A DNA stretch of 64,000 nucleotides. Origin: Flaccisagitta enflata (taxonomy: Eukaryota). The notes under the pieces were generated by a model. The model made no database searches. It was not told where the DNA came from and saw only the letters and a program-made list of their open reading frames with translations. Within the stretch, counting starts at the first letter, position 1, and each line of letters opens with the position of its first letter. A program made the position numbers and the translations under genes. Below are positions 1 through 12,101 of the stretch, in pieces. The stretch is from contig OZ231126.1 of assembly GCA_965153355.1 (NCBI GenBank), positions 37,076,001-37,140,000 on the forward strand, given 5' to 3'.

Positions 1-1505
1 GTTCATATTTGGTGGGAAGTTGTGCTAGGGTAAGGCGCTTTACATCCTATCCGATTTTTGTGATCCGACCAACCCAACCGGCCCAACCAGCTTACCGGCC
101 TAAAAGTGAAAAACGTGCATAACTTTGGCATTTTTCAACCGATTTGGCTGAAATTTGGTATGGAGTCTCTAAATGGAAGGCCTCAACATATGTATATGAT
201 TTATATGCATTTGAGCATGCTAACCGGCCAAACCGACCTACCACCCAACCAGCCAACCGGCCTAAAAGTGAAAAACTTGCGTAACTTTGTCATTTTTCAA
301 CTGATTTGGTTGAAACTTGGTATGGAGTCTCTAAATGGAAGGACTCAGCATATGCAAACTATTTATCCTGTTAAACCAGCCTACCACCCAACCAGCCTAC
401 TGGCCTAAAAGTGAAAAACGTGCATAACTTTGGCATTTTTCAACTGATTTGGCTGAAATTTGGTATGGAGTCTCTAAATGGAAGGCCTCAACATATGTAT
501 ATGATTTATATGCATTTGAGCATGCTAACCGCCAAACCGACCTACCACCCAACCAGCCAACCGGCCTTAAAGTGAAAAACTGCGTAACTTTGTCATTTTT
601 CAACTGATTTGGTTGAAACTTGGTATGGAGTCTCTAAATGGAAGGACTCAGCATATGCAAACTATTTATCCTGTTAAACCAGCTACCACCCAACCAGCCT
701 ATGCCTAAAAATGAAAAACGTGCATAACTTTGGCGTTTTTCAACCGATTTGGTTGAAATTTGGTATGGAGTCTCTAAATGGAAGGACTCAACAAATGTAT
801 GTGATTTATATGCATTTGAGCATGCTAACCGGCCAAACCGACCTACCACCCAACCAGCCAACCGGCACAAAAGTGAAAAACTTGCTTAACTTTGTCATTT
901 TTCAACTAATTTGGTTGAAACTTGGTATGGGGTCTCTAAATGGAAGAACTCAACATATGCGCACTATTTATCCTGTCAAACCAGCCTACCACCCAACCAG
1001 CCTACCAACCAAAAGGTGATAAATGTGCATATCTTTGGCGTTTTTCAACCAATTTGGTTGAAATTTAGTATGGAGTCTCTAAATGGAAGGACTCAACACA
1101 TGTATGTGATTTATTTATGTTTGAGCATGCTAACCGGCCAAACCAACCTACCACCCAACCAGCTTACCGGCCTTAAAGTAAAAACTTACATAAATTTGAC
1201 ATTTTTCAACCAAATTGGTTGAAACATGGTATGGAGTCTCTAAATGGAAGAACTCAACATACGCACACTATTTATCTAAACCAGCCTACCACCCAACCAC
1301 CCTACTAGCCTAAAAGTGAAAAACGTGCATAACTTTGTCATTTTTCAACGGATTTGCATGAAACTTTGTATGGCGGCTCTAAATGTAAAGTCTTATAGTT
1401 TTGGCGAACTTACAGGGTTAGCGATCTTTTGGTCATAGCGATCTTACGGAATTGGTGATCTTTAACCCCCTTCCGTCGCGGACCCAGATACTGTTCAGAT
1501 TTTTT
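1..1505 (+). mobile_element. Helentron/DINE-1-like non-autonomous element, cut by the left window edge, with an internal ~305-bp (~164+141) tandem array
   Basis: Closely similar to 22990-23860 but with more internal units; ends in the subterminal repeat TTCCGTCGCGGAC (1471-1483) then CCAGATACTGTTCAGA and a T-run. Family assignment is inferred from architecture. Confidence 0.7.
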
Positions 1506-2137
1506 CTCCAGATCTTTCACTTTCGCCTCCGCCACGGCCAGCTTCTTCCGTTCCTCCTCCAATTCATCCGTCAGAGCTCCCACTTGTCCTTTGGCCAGCT
1601 TCACTTCATCTTGAACATCTTTCAAGCTCTCCGTCAACTCATCAACAAGTTTCTCGTTGGCGCTTGCCTTCGACTTTTCCTGGGCCACTTCTTTTTTCAA
1701 ATTCTTCACCTGTTCCTCTCTCTCTTGCAGCTTTTTCTTTTCCTCCGCCAAATTCGCCGTTAAATTTCCCACGCGGTGGCGCGCCTCTTCAACGACTCTC
1801 CTGCCCTCAGCTAAATCCCTCTGCAGCCTCTCGATAGTATTGAGAGCCGTCTCCAGTTGCTTCCTCAGCGCCTGCTTCTCTAATGCTAATTTGGCTATTT
1901 TCTCCATGAATTTTCCCTGCTGATCCTGAAGATGTGTAACCTTCTCCTTCAATTGACCCAGCGTATTTTTGCATTCTTCATCCTTAGATGTGAGCGATGC
2001 TTCCAAAGCCGCCACCTTCTCCTGCAATGTACGTATCTCCTCGCTTGTCTTTGTCGCCTTCTGGATGAGCTTGCTTTTCTCTTCATTCAGGGCGACGATA
2101 AGTGCATTTGCCTCTTTGAGCTGTTTTTTGAGGGTTT
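1410..2137 (-). CDS. Exon 3 of an uncharacterised secreted coiled-coil protein; last ~30 codons come from the adjacent repeat
   Basis: Acceptor ccactcAG at 2139-2138, phase 1; G from exon 2 + AA = Glu, then TLKKQLKEANALIVALNEEK..., over 200 aa of heptad-like E/K/L/Q-rich sequence with varied codons. Confidence 0.7.
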
Positions 2138-2153
2138 CTGAGTGGGTAATGTG

Positions 2154-2315
2154 CAGCCCTGATTTTAGAGCGGGCCCGCGGGCCCGAGGCCCACGTTTTG
2201 GCTGTCGGGCCCGCAAGTTTTTCTTGCTGCGGGCCCCACCGGCCCGCTCTCATTTTGCTTGAAATTTTTTGTTATTGCTCAAGTGGAGACATTGATTTTT
2301 AATCACACTTATGCT

Positions 2316-2387
<72 letters not shown>

Positions 2388-2870
2388 GACAGAGAGACTC
2401 TTTTTTCTCTCTCTCTTTTCTTTTTCTCTTTCTTTTCTTCTTCTTTTTTTCTTTTTTTTCTTTTCTTTTTCCTTTTTTTTCTTTTTTCTTTTTTTCTTTT
2501 TTTATCTTTTTTTTCCTTTTCTTTTTTCTTTTTTTCTTTTTTCTTTTTTTTTTTTCCTTTTTTCTTTTTTCTTTTTTCTTTCTTTTCTTTTTTCTTTTTT
2601 TCTTTTCTTTTTTTCATATCATAATTTTTTCTTTTTTTCAGTTTCCTTTTTTTAAATTCTTTTTTTCTTTGATCTCTTTGTGTTGTGTATACATTCTTTT
2701 CCTTTCATAACCATACCATCTTTTATCATTCCTTTTATTTTCCCTCTCTCTCTCTCTCCCGACAGTAGTTCTGGCACATGTCGGGCCCGCTGTTTCTCTG
2801 TCGGGCACGCTAAAGTTGATGGGAGCGGGCCCGACTGGCCCGCTGAAGAAAATCACTAAGATCAGGGCTG
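2154..2870. mobile_element. hAT-type non-autonomous element
   Basis: Terminal inverted repeats CAGCCCTGAT / ATCAGGGCTG; perfect 8-bp target-site duplication GTAATGTG (2146-2153 and 2871-2878); subterminal GGGCCC motifs. Confidence 0.85.
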
Positions 2871-2886
2871 GTAATGTGACACTATA

Positions 2887-3946
2887 CAGACGGGACCCTA
2901 ATAAGAGTGGAGCAGGGACCCAAAGTGTTACATGCCCTCCTACAGCTCAGATCGTTCAATTATTTTTACCAATAAAGGCGGCTCTCGCCGTAGGAAAAAG
3001 GTCGTAAGTGCGAGGTTTTGAAATTTTTTGTGATTGTGTTTTGTCTGGTTTATTGCCTTTTTTTCTCTAGGCATCTTTTTGGTTTGTTCCACTCTCTACA
3101 TGTGTTTCTCTTTTTGAGACAGAGGCATCCAACCCCCATCCACACCCCAACCCCAACCCCCACACACAAGCATCTAGACCGCTTGTTTTTCCACTTTTCC
3201 ACTTGGACGAACCAACGAACCAACAGACTGATGGATGGATTGACAGACAAAGCCTCTCATAGAGTCCAGAGTTGAAATGAGAGAGAGACTGTGCTGCCAG
3301 GATGCACAATCATCACCTGGGATATTTCAAAGTTCAAATAAACTTCAATTAACTCAATTCCTCATTTTTGGAAAAAATGTGAAAAATGCGAAAAAATATA
3401 AAAAGATTTAAAAAATCATAGCTCCAAAACTATTGATCGCACAGAATTCTGCTTGGTGTCATCTGAAAGAGGAGAATTAGCTCTTTCTTAGCTGTTAATT
3501 TCATGCGTAGTCCCATTCTGCCCGAAAAATGCATCAACTTTCTCAAACGCCTCATAAAACAAAGGGAAATCCGTTTTCCTCTGCAGGACTCAAAAAGACC
3601 AAAGGGACTTCGTCTCTTCGACTTTTTTCCAAATCATTTGCCAACACGGTTGACACTTCAGGTGAATACAATTGTTGCCACCGTGGCGATTTTTCAATTT
3701 CCAATATAAACCCCCCCCCATAGGCTACTTTTAGACCAAAATTTGAGAAAAAAAAATATTTTTGGGCTTCGGGAGTGGTTTTAGGGGGTTCAAGGTGGAA
3801 ATTAAAAAATCGCCAATGTGGCGCCAGTTGTATTCACCTGAGGTGTCTATCGCAACTGTTAGTGAGGAAATTGATCGAACCGTGTGGGCTGTAGGGGGGC
3901 ATGTTACAGTTGGGTCTCTCCTCCGCTCTTATTAGGGTCCCGTCTG
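2887..3946. mobile_element. Tc1/mariner-like MITE, family CAGACGGGACCCTAATAAGAG, copy 1 (with internal extra sequence)
   Basis: TIRs CAGACGGGACCCTAATAAGAG / CTCTTATTAGGGTCCCGTCTG; left flank TA, right flank TT; same ends as 16643-17046 and 23937-24599. Confidence 0.8.
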
Positions 3947-4034
3947 TTGTTATTAGATTGACAAAGTGAAAATTCGAAATGTTATGAAAACAGTTTGTGT
4001 TATGATAGTCGCACTTACCACTTCCGCCACCTAC

Positions 4035-4179
4035 CGATGTCTTCAGACGAATCACCGCCGATTTCGATGTTCTCAACTGCCTTGAGCAACTTGTCCAGTT
4101 TTCCCGAGTTCTCAACAGTCTCCTTTTCCAGTCTTTGCAACCCTGGAATGATCTGCGACCCGGTTTCTGGCGGAGAGAT
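4035..4179 (-). CDS. Exon 2 of the uncharacterised secreted coiled-coil protein (ISPPETGSQ...GGDSSEDI)
   Basis: Acceptor cattttaacAG, 145 nt open (48 codons + 1 nt), donor G|GTAGGT; phases match both neighbours. Not in the ORF track. Confidence 0.7.
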
Positions 4180-4279
4180 CTGTTAAAATGTGATTATGTG
4201 AGGCAGATATTGTTCGTGATGACTTGGCTTACATGCCAACCACACAGTACGACTTTGACTGTATCTGCTTGAGACTGAC

Positions 4280-4453
4280 CGCCTTGATTTCCTCGTGAAG
4301 TAGTTTTATCTCCTTTGATAAGCAAACCGAATAACATCCTTCGCCGGGACCCTCTTGGTACGGCTGAAAGATATCGTTTAAGTTTCGTGCCGAGCTCCAA
4401 GGTAGCACGGAAAAGCAGAAAATAACGCCGATGAAATTACAGATTTTTATCAT
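4280..4453 (-). CDS. Exon 1 of the uncharacterised secreted coiled-coil protein (signal peptide MIKICNFIGVIFCFSVLPWSSA)
   Basis: ATG at 4453 (AAAATG), hydrophobic N-terminus ending S-S-A, CYSVC motif, 58 codons, phase-0 donor GCG|GTCAGT, 100-nt intron to exon 2. Confidence 0.65.
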
Positions 4454-5176
4454 TTTTAGGCCGATTCAAAATTTGTCTCAATGTTAAGGATTAAGAATGA
4501 TTCTTTCTGCCTGAATTATCGATAAGGCTTTTCTGCGTGGGTTTTCACTTGAAAGTGGTCGCCTTTTATCCAGCCCTGTAGGTTCACCTGTCTACTTCAC
4601 ACAAATTAAATCGTGAAAGAGGGCCGTTGATATGGAATTTTCTTTGATGGGGCGCTGAATTTCCTTTTTACGACCGAAACTAGACGAGTGACGACCCATG
4701 ACGTATTGATTGGATAGCTTTAAATTATGTTGCTGTTTCTCTCTTTCTCTGTATATGTATCCGCTATATAAGAATAAAACAATTTAACAAAGAATATTCT
4801 AAGAATGAAAAAAAAAATCTACATCTGTTATTACCTATTTTAATATTTTTAGAGTTTATGAAAAAATAATGATTATTTGAAAAAATGAATAACATTATTT
4901 TTGAGGAATTCTTATCTTAAGATTTTCAAAAATTTGAAATCATAGATTGTATAAGCAGATGACATAAAAAGAATCAAATGTGATGCATATTAGAGCAAAA
5001 TGAGGCTCAAGAAGAGTTAATCTAAAAACCAAGTTAATCAAGTTAATCTAAAAAGCACTCTGGCTAGAAGGGGTAGTTAGGTTTGAAAACCACTAAAGTC
5101 CGATTCTGCCTTGAGTGGTTAAGGAGCTTACTGCCCTCATTTTCAAATGAGGTTTCGGCCTTGAGTGCTCTCCTCG

Positions 5177-5190
5177 TATGTGTGTGTGTG

Positions 5191-5253
<63 letters not shown>

Positions 5254-5289
5254 TTGTCTCTTTCTCCCATTCTCCCATTCTCCCATTCT

Positions 5290-5353
<64 letters not shown>

Positions 5354-5670
5354 GTCTGTCTGTCTCTCTCTGTCTCTCTCTGTCTCTCTCTGTCTCTCTC
5401 TGTCTCTCTCTGTCTCTCTCTGTCTCTCTGTCTCTCTCTGTCTCTCTGTCTCTCTCTGTCTCTCTGTCTCTCTGTCTCTCTCTGTCTCTCTCTGTCTCTC
5501 TCTGGAGTACATATTGTTATTTAGAATCTAAGTTACAAGCCTTAAAGTTTTCTCATTATTTAGAATCTAAATAACAAGCCTTAAAGTTTTCTCATAACTG
5601 ATTGTCTATCTTTCTGTTTTTTTTCTTAAATACTCCTTGCTTATTTTCTATGTTCTCCCCATCTACTCTT

Positions 5671-5727
<57 letters not shown>

Positions 5728-6313
5728 TCTTTTTTTTCTCTTTCTTTTTTCTCTTTTTCTAACCTTGACATAATAGAAATTGTATGATTTTTTTTTTAGA
5801 TAACACAAATGAGAATATGTTTTAATAGGAAAAATATATTTGCATTTGCATTTGAAAAAAAATGTCTTTTTTGGCATTTGCTTCATAGATTTCTCAGAAA
5901 TTAGAAGAATTTTATTTTATTCAGCTAATATTAGCCTTGACCTCATTAGAATAAATCTATTTATATTCTTAATGTACCCAGGGCATCCTTTTTAAAAAAA
6001 AACATCTGAAAGAAATATTGTTATTTTTTTAAATTCTATATATTTTGATAAATTGTAGGTTTTTTGAGGGAGCAATTTTTATATCTTTCTTTAAAATTGT
6101 TTCCTGCAAACATATTGTTGACAAGCAGATTCAGTACATAAAAAATATCCATGATATTTGTGAGTTTTGAATAAAGAGTAAAAAAAAGAAAGTAAATGAT
6201 ATCAATGTTAGGACATGAAAGTTCATTTCATTAGCCATAACTTGAAAATGTAGGTATGTGTACATGGTAACTGTAACAGTTATGAATAACAGATATGAAA
6301 GGAGAGATATGAA

Positions 6314-6409
<96 letters not shown>

Positions 6410-6481
6410 GAGAGAGAGACAGAGAGAGAGAGAGAGACAGACAGAGAGAGAGAGACAGACAGAGAGAGAGAGACAGACAGA

Positions 6482-6543
<62 letters not shown>

Positions 6544-6552
6544 GAGAGAGAC

Positions 6553-6601
<49 letters not shown>

Positions 6602-7225
6602 GAGAGACAGACAGAGAGAGACAGACAGAGAGAGACAGACAGAGAGAGACAGACAGAGAGAGACAGACAGAGAGAGACAGACAGAGAGAGAGACAGAGTA
6701 AGAGAAAGAGAAAAAGAAAAAAAGAAAAAAAAAAAAGAAAAAAAAAAAAGAAAGAACAAAAAAGAAAGAACAAAAAGAAAGAAAGAACAAAAGAAAGAAC
6801 AAAAAAGAAAGAACAAAAAAGAAAGAACAAAAAGAAAGAACAAAAAAGAAAGAAAAAAAAGAAAGAAAAAGAAAGAAAAAAGAAAGAACAAAAAGAAAGA
6901 ACAAAAAAGAAAGAAACAAAAAGAAAGAACAAAAGAAAGAACAAAAAAGAAAGAACAAAAGAAAGAACAAAAGAAAGAACAAAAAAAGAAAGAACAAAAG
7001 AAAGAACAAAAAAGAAAGAACAAAAAAGAAAGAACAATAAAGAAAGAACAAAAAAGAAAGAAAGAACAAGAGAAAGAAAGAACACAAGAGAAAGAAAGAA
7101 CAAGAGAAAGAAAGAACAAGAGAAAGAAAGAACAAGAGAAAAAAAGAAAAAAAAAGAAAAAGATAAGACCAAAATGAAAAAGAGAGAGAGAGAGAGAGAG
7201 AGAGATGAAAAAGAGAGAGAGAGAT

Positions 7226-7281
<56 letters not shown>

Positions 7282-7532
7282 AAAAGAGAGAAAGAGAGAG
7301 AAAGATGAACTTTATTAGGAGATGAAAAAAAGATAGAAAGATAGAATATTCAAATAATGAGAAAATAAATTATTGCATTACTCAGATTCTAAATTACAAG
7401 CAGTGAGCCGATTCTAAGTAACGCGCCTTAGAAAATTCTAAATAACGCGCTGTTCCCCTCTCTCTGTCTCTCTCTGTCTCTCTTTCTCTCTCATTCTCTC
7501 ATTCTCTTATTCTCTCATACTCTCATACTCTC

Positions 7533-7622
<90 letters not shown>
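5177..7622. repeat. Compound microsatellite / low-complexity cluster ((CT)n, (CTGT)n, (GA)n, AAAG/AAC-rich, (TG)n)
   Basis: Directly visible; source of many spurious ORFs. Confidence 0.9.
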
Positions 7623-7624
<2 letters not shown>

Positions 7625-8742
7625 AAGCGCCTGAAAGCTAAATTATTCCAGTGGCCTGATGTCTAAAAATGATTTTCGCCTGAGAGCTAAAAAAAAATTT
7701 TAGCTTTGAGGCTAATTTAAAACTCAAAGTATTGGCATGGTTTGAAAATTTATATGCGCCTAACAGCTAAAAAGCATGCACCTGATGTCTAAAAAAGAGG
7801 GAGGCATTAAGAAACAGATATAAAAAGCAGTTCGACCAAGGGAGCAACAAATAAACAAGAGGACAAAATGTCTGATGATCAATAGTCCGCAATAAAAACA
7901 CATAGGAAATCATAAAATGCAGTAGATGGTAGAGCATGCACAAGCAATAGTAAATTTAAATAAAGTCAATTTGTAAATGGAATATATTACTAATTACTGT
8001 TTATTGATATAGAGTATGTTTTTTTGTAATGCATCATATCTCTGATCTTAAGCATCATAGCATGATGCGGATTGCACCATTGCATTGAACATGATAAACT
8101 ATATTTTTTTAGTTTTTTTGATATCATGATGCATCATGACGTATCTCTACCACAATGCCAATGAATACCCTGATATCTGCAACATCTTGAAAATGGCTGT
8201 CGGATTTTCTCTCTTTAAAATATGAGAAGGTTCAATTAATCAGATGATAAATATTCAAAAGAGGCTTTCCTGGGATTTTCTGCCATTAATACTTGCCCGT
8301 TTATAATGTATACTAATTGCTGTCCTTTGAGAGACTTCATAAAAAAAGCAGCTTCACTAAAGACAAAAAATTGCATGGTTACTTGAAATGCCCTCTAATG
8401 AAGCCCAACTGTACTGTATATCTAAAGAATAGTATCAGCAAATAAAACATGTGTAAAAAGTTGAAATTGAGATTTGTGTATTATTTGAAATGTAGCTTTC
8501 GACGTTTTCCATTCCCTTTTATCATTTTCTGCCTTATTCTTTTTTTAGAACTTAGGCCAATCACTGAGAGAAGGCCAATCACTGAGAGAAGTTTTAGAAG
8601 TTAGGCCACTTTTTCTGACAAAATCTTTAGAAATAAAATGCTTCAAAATTGGCTGAAAAGCTAAAGAAATATTTTAGCTCTCAGGCTAATCTGTCATGAG
8701 AAAATTTTAGCTGTTAGGCGCTTTAGCTGTGGGGAGATACAC

Positions 8743-8786
<44 letters not shown>

Positions 8787-8801
8787 TGTGTGTGTGTCTC
8801 T

Positions 8802-8886
<85 letters not shown>

Positions 8887-9041
8887 CTCGCTCTCTCTCG
8901 TTCTCGCGCTCTTCGCGCTTCGCTCTCTTCTCTCTGCGCTCTCTCTTGCTCTCTCTCGCTTTCTCTCGCGCTTCTCTCTCGCGTCTTCGCGCTCTTCGCG
9001 CTTCTCTCTTCGCGCTCTCTTCTCTCGCGTCTCTTCCTCTC

Positions 9042-9100
<59 letters not shown>

Positions 9101-9174
9101 CTTTCTCCCCCCTTCCTGTTTCTCTCTCTTTCTTCCTCTCTCGTGCTGCACTAAATGTACTTTAGGACGTCTGA

Positions 9175-9396
<222 letters not shown>

Positions 9397-9488
9397 TGAG
9401 TCTAAATAGGCTAAGATTTAGGACTGACTGGACTGTCTCTCGGCTATGTGTCCAATGACCTGATATGGTTCCGCTTTTCTTTGTATAG

Positions 9489-9566
9489 AACGCTGATGGA
9501 ACTTCTCAATCAAATGGATGGGTTCGACACGCTTGGCAAAGTGAAAATGATCATGGCCACAAACCG
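9489..9566 (+). CDS. PSMC6: Rpt4 internal exon ([26 protein letters not shown])
   Basis: tgtatAG acceptor, GTGGGT donor, phase 2 on both sides; continues the AAA domain. Confidence 0.95.
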
Positions 9567-9694
9567 GTGGGTATTTTGAATTTGATCTGGTTTTGTATCT
9601 CTTCTTCAATATACTTGCTGATCCTCCGAAACGGCTTGTGTAGTTATTCATTATCCTGCCTTTGTGTCTATGTATGTGATTAATGTCTATTCAG

Positions 9695-9843
9695 ACCCGA
9701 CACATTGGATCCTGCTTTGCTTCGGCCCGGACGGTTGGACCGAAAGATCGAAATTCCGCTTCCCAATGAGCAGTCGAGGATGGAAATTCTCAAAATCCAC
9801 GCCAATCCCATCGCGAAGCACGGCGATATCGACTGGGAAGCAG
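9695..9843 (+). CDS. PSMC6: Rpt4 internal exon ([23 protein letters not shown]...DIDWEA)
   Basis: ttcAG acceptor, G|GTAGGC donor; second region of homology / arginine finger. Confidence 0.95.
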
Positions 9844-10755
9844 GTAGGCGTCGTCCTGTTGTTCATTATCTGTTACGTATTATTTATGAGTGTGTCTTAT
9901 CCTTAAGTGTTAAGTTTTGCATACGTATGCGTTTTTGTGTGCGCGTATATGTTTTAATTGTTGGCACTGCTTTAGAGATCGTGCATGTTTTCTACCCTTT
10001 GCATCAAATTTTGTATGCGCGTCGGTTTTATGTCATATCTGATTTTTGCCTTTGCATCAAATTTTGTATGCGCGTCGGTTTTATGTCATATCTGATTTTT
10101 GTGCACATGTATCCATTTTAGTATGCGTGCATATCCATTTTATGTATGAGTGCATGTTTGAGTAAGTTCGTATGTTTTTGCGTTTGTTATTATGTTATTG
10201 TTCGCGTGCGTTTGTTTTAGTGCGCATTAGTGTAAATGTTTGTGTGCATAATATGCATTTTATGTGTGCGTAAGTGTTTTTGTGTGCTTGCGTGTTTGTT
10301 CTTGTTTGTGTGCGTGCATGTTTCTTCTTGTGTGTGTGCGTGCATGTTTTAGAGTGCACTGTTATTTGTTGTGTTTCTGTATGACGGTTTAGTGAGCAAG
10401 CATGTTTCCTGTGTTAGTATGTGTGCGTGCGTTTTGTTATTTTGTGTGCGTGCTGCGAACTTATATATTTCGTGTGTCCGTCCGTTTTGTGATTTTTGTG
10501 TTCGTGTCTTTGTGCGTACGTGCATATCTATTCTCTTTGCGTGCTTGTTAGTTCTGTGTGCTTTGGGAGTGTTTAGCGTACATGCGTGACTGTTCTGTGT
10601 GCGTGCATATTTGTTATGTGCGTGCATGCATGCTTTTTGATTGTGCGCGCGATTATGTTTCGTGTATTCGGCGTTTGTTGTTGCATGGGTGAAATTCCAT
10701 TATTTTCGACCTTCTTCCGTTTCTAACGATTTTCCGCTTGTTACTCCTCGAACAG

Positions 10756-10883
10756 TGGTAAAGCTTTCCGATGATTTTAACGGCGCCGATCTGCGTAACG
10801 TTTGCACCGAAGCTGGTATGTTCGCCATTCGGGCCGACAGAGACTTCGTCATCGAAGAGGATTTCATGAAGGCAGTCAGAAAG
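10756..10883 (+). CDS. PSMC6: Rpt4 penultimate exon ([43 protein letters not shown])
   Basis: aacAG acceptor phase 1; ends AAG|GCAAGT (GC donor). Confidence 0.95.
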
Positions 10884-11685
10884 GCAAGTTAAGAAAGTTG
10901 TTACGATTTTGATTTCCCATACACTGCTTTTAAAACAATTTTGTGCAAAAAATCACATAACAGTAGGTTTTACCACAGTTTTGTGTAGTATTGGGGTGCA
11001 ATAAGTCAATAACATATAAGTAGCATAAAAATAGCAAAAATCATTCCCGAGCGCTTTTTGAGTAATCTTCAAAATAGAACAAAAATTAGACCTATTTTCA
11101 ATGCCGATGCTACTGAGGTGTGTTGACTCAATTTCTGATTCCATAGGCCTATTGTTAATCCATGCTAAATTCCCTTTCATTTGATAGGTCGCACTCTATA
11201 CTTATGCAAAGAATCAAAATTTTCATTTTCAGGTGCGACAAAGCACCTCTATAACTGGCTGTGTCCGTTGGTCTGTCTGTAACGCATTCGTTCGACGATC
11301 CACACGTCGCACCTTATTGGCCTACCTGGCCTTGTTTAAATCACTATCACCGTTACAAAAAAGTAACAGTGGCTCTAAATCTGAAAACTTTATTACTATG
11401 TCAAACCACATAGTGCGACCTATCAAATGAAAGGATGTTTTGCTTAACATAACAATATGGAATAACAGGTCGCCCAAGGGCAATATGTGGTCAGCGATAC
11501 CCGTTGCCCTGCTTTGAGCAGCGGCGTAGGAGGAGGGGCGTCAGGGGCGTCAGCTGACGCCCCTAAAGTTGGACACAGATAGCAGTCGGACACAGATGGC
11601 AGTCTTAGACAATTGTTTAAAAAAAAAAAAAGGGAAAGAGGTTTAAAAAAGAAAAAAGAACAGATGTGATGGACTTTTAGGGCAT

Positions 11686-11716
11686 AGAAAGAAAGCAAGC
11701 AAGCAAGCAAGCAAGC

Positions 11717-11771
<55 letters not shown>

Positions 11772-12101
11772 GAAGGAAGGAAGGAAAGAAGGAAGGAAGG
11801 AAAGAAGGAAGGAAGGAAAGAAGGAAAGAAGGAAGGAAAGAAGGAAGGAAAGAAGGAAGGAAAGGAAGGAAGAAGGGAAAGAAAGAAGGAAGGAAAGAAA
11901 GAAGGAAGGAAAGAAGGAAGGAAGGAAAGAAGGAAGGAAGGAAAGAAGGAAGGAAGGAAAGAAGGAAGGAAGGAAAGAAGGAAGGAAGGAAAGAAGGAAG
12001 GAAGGAAAGAAGGAAGGAAGGAAAGAAGGAAGGAAGGAAAGAAGGAAGGAAGGAAAGAAGGAAGGAAGGAAAGAAGGAAGGAAAGAAGGAAGGAAAGAAA
12101 A
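11686..12101. repeat. (AAAG/AAGG)n microsatellite
   Basis: Directly visible. Confidence 0.95.

Noticed and set aside
106-1222. Repeated ORFs (MKNVHNFGIFQPIWLKFGMESLNGR...)
   Set aside because: Translations of a tandem unit in a non-coding repeat; frames shift between copies.
2138-2216. ORF-track start MRARQPKRGPRARG for the coiled-coil ORF
   Set aside because: Non-ATG start inside the hAT element; a phase-compatible acceptor explains the ORF better.
8880-9040. CG-interrupted (CT)n tract giving Arg/Glu/Ala-rich ORFs
   Set aside because: Degenerate microsatellite, possibly consensus error; no coding signal.
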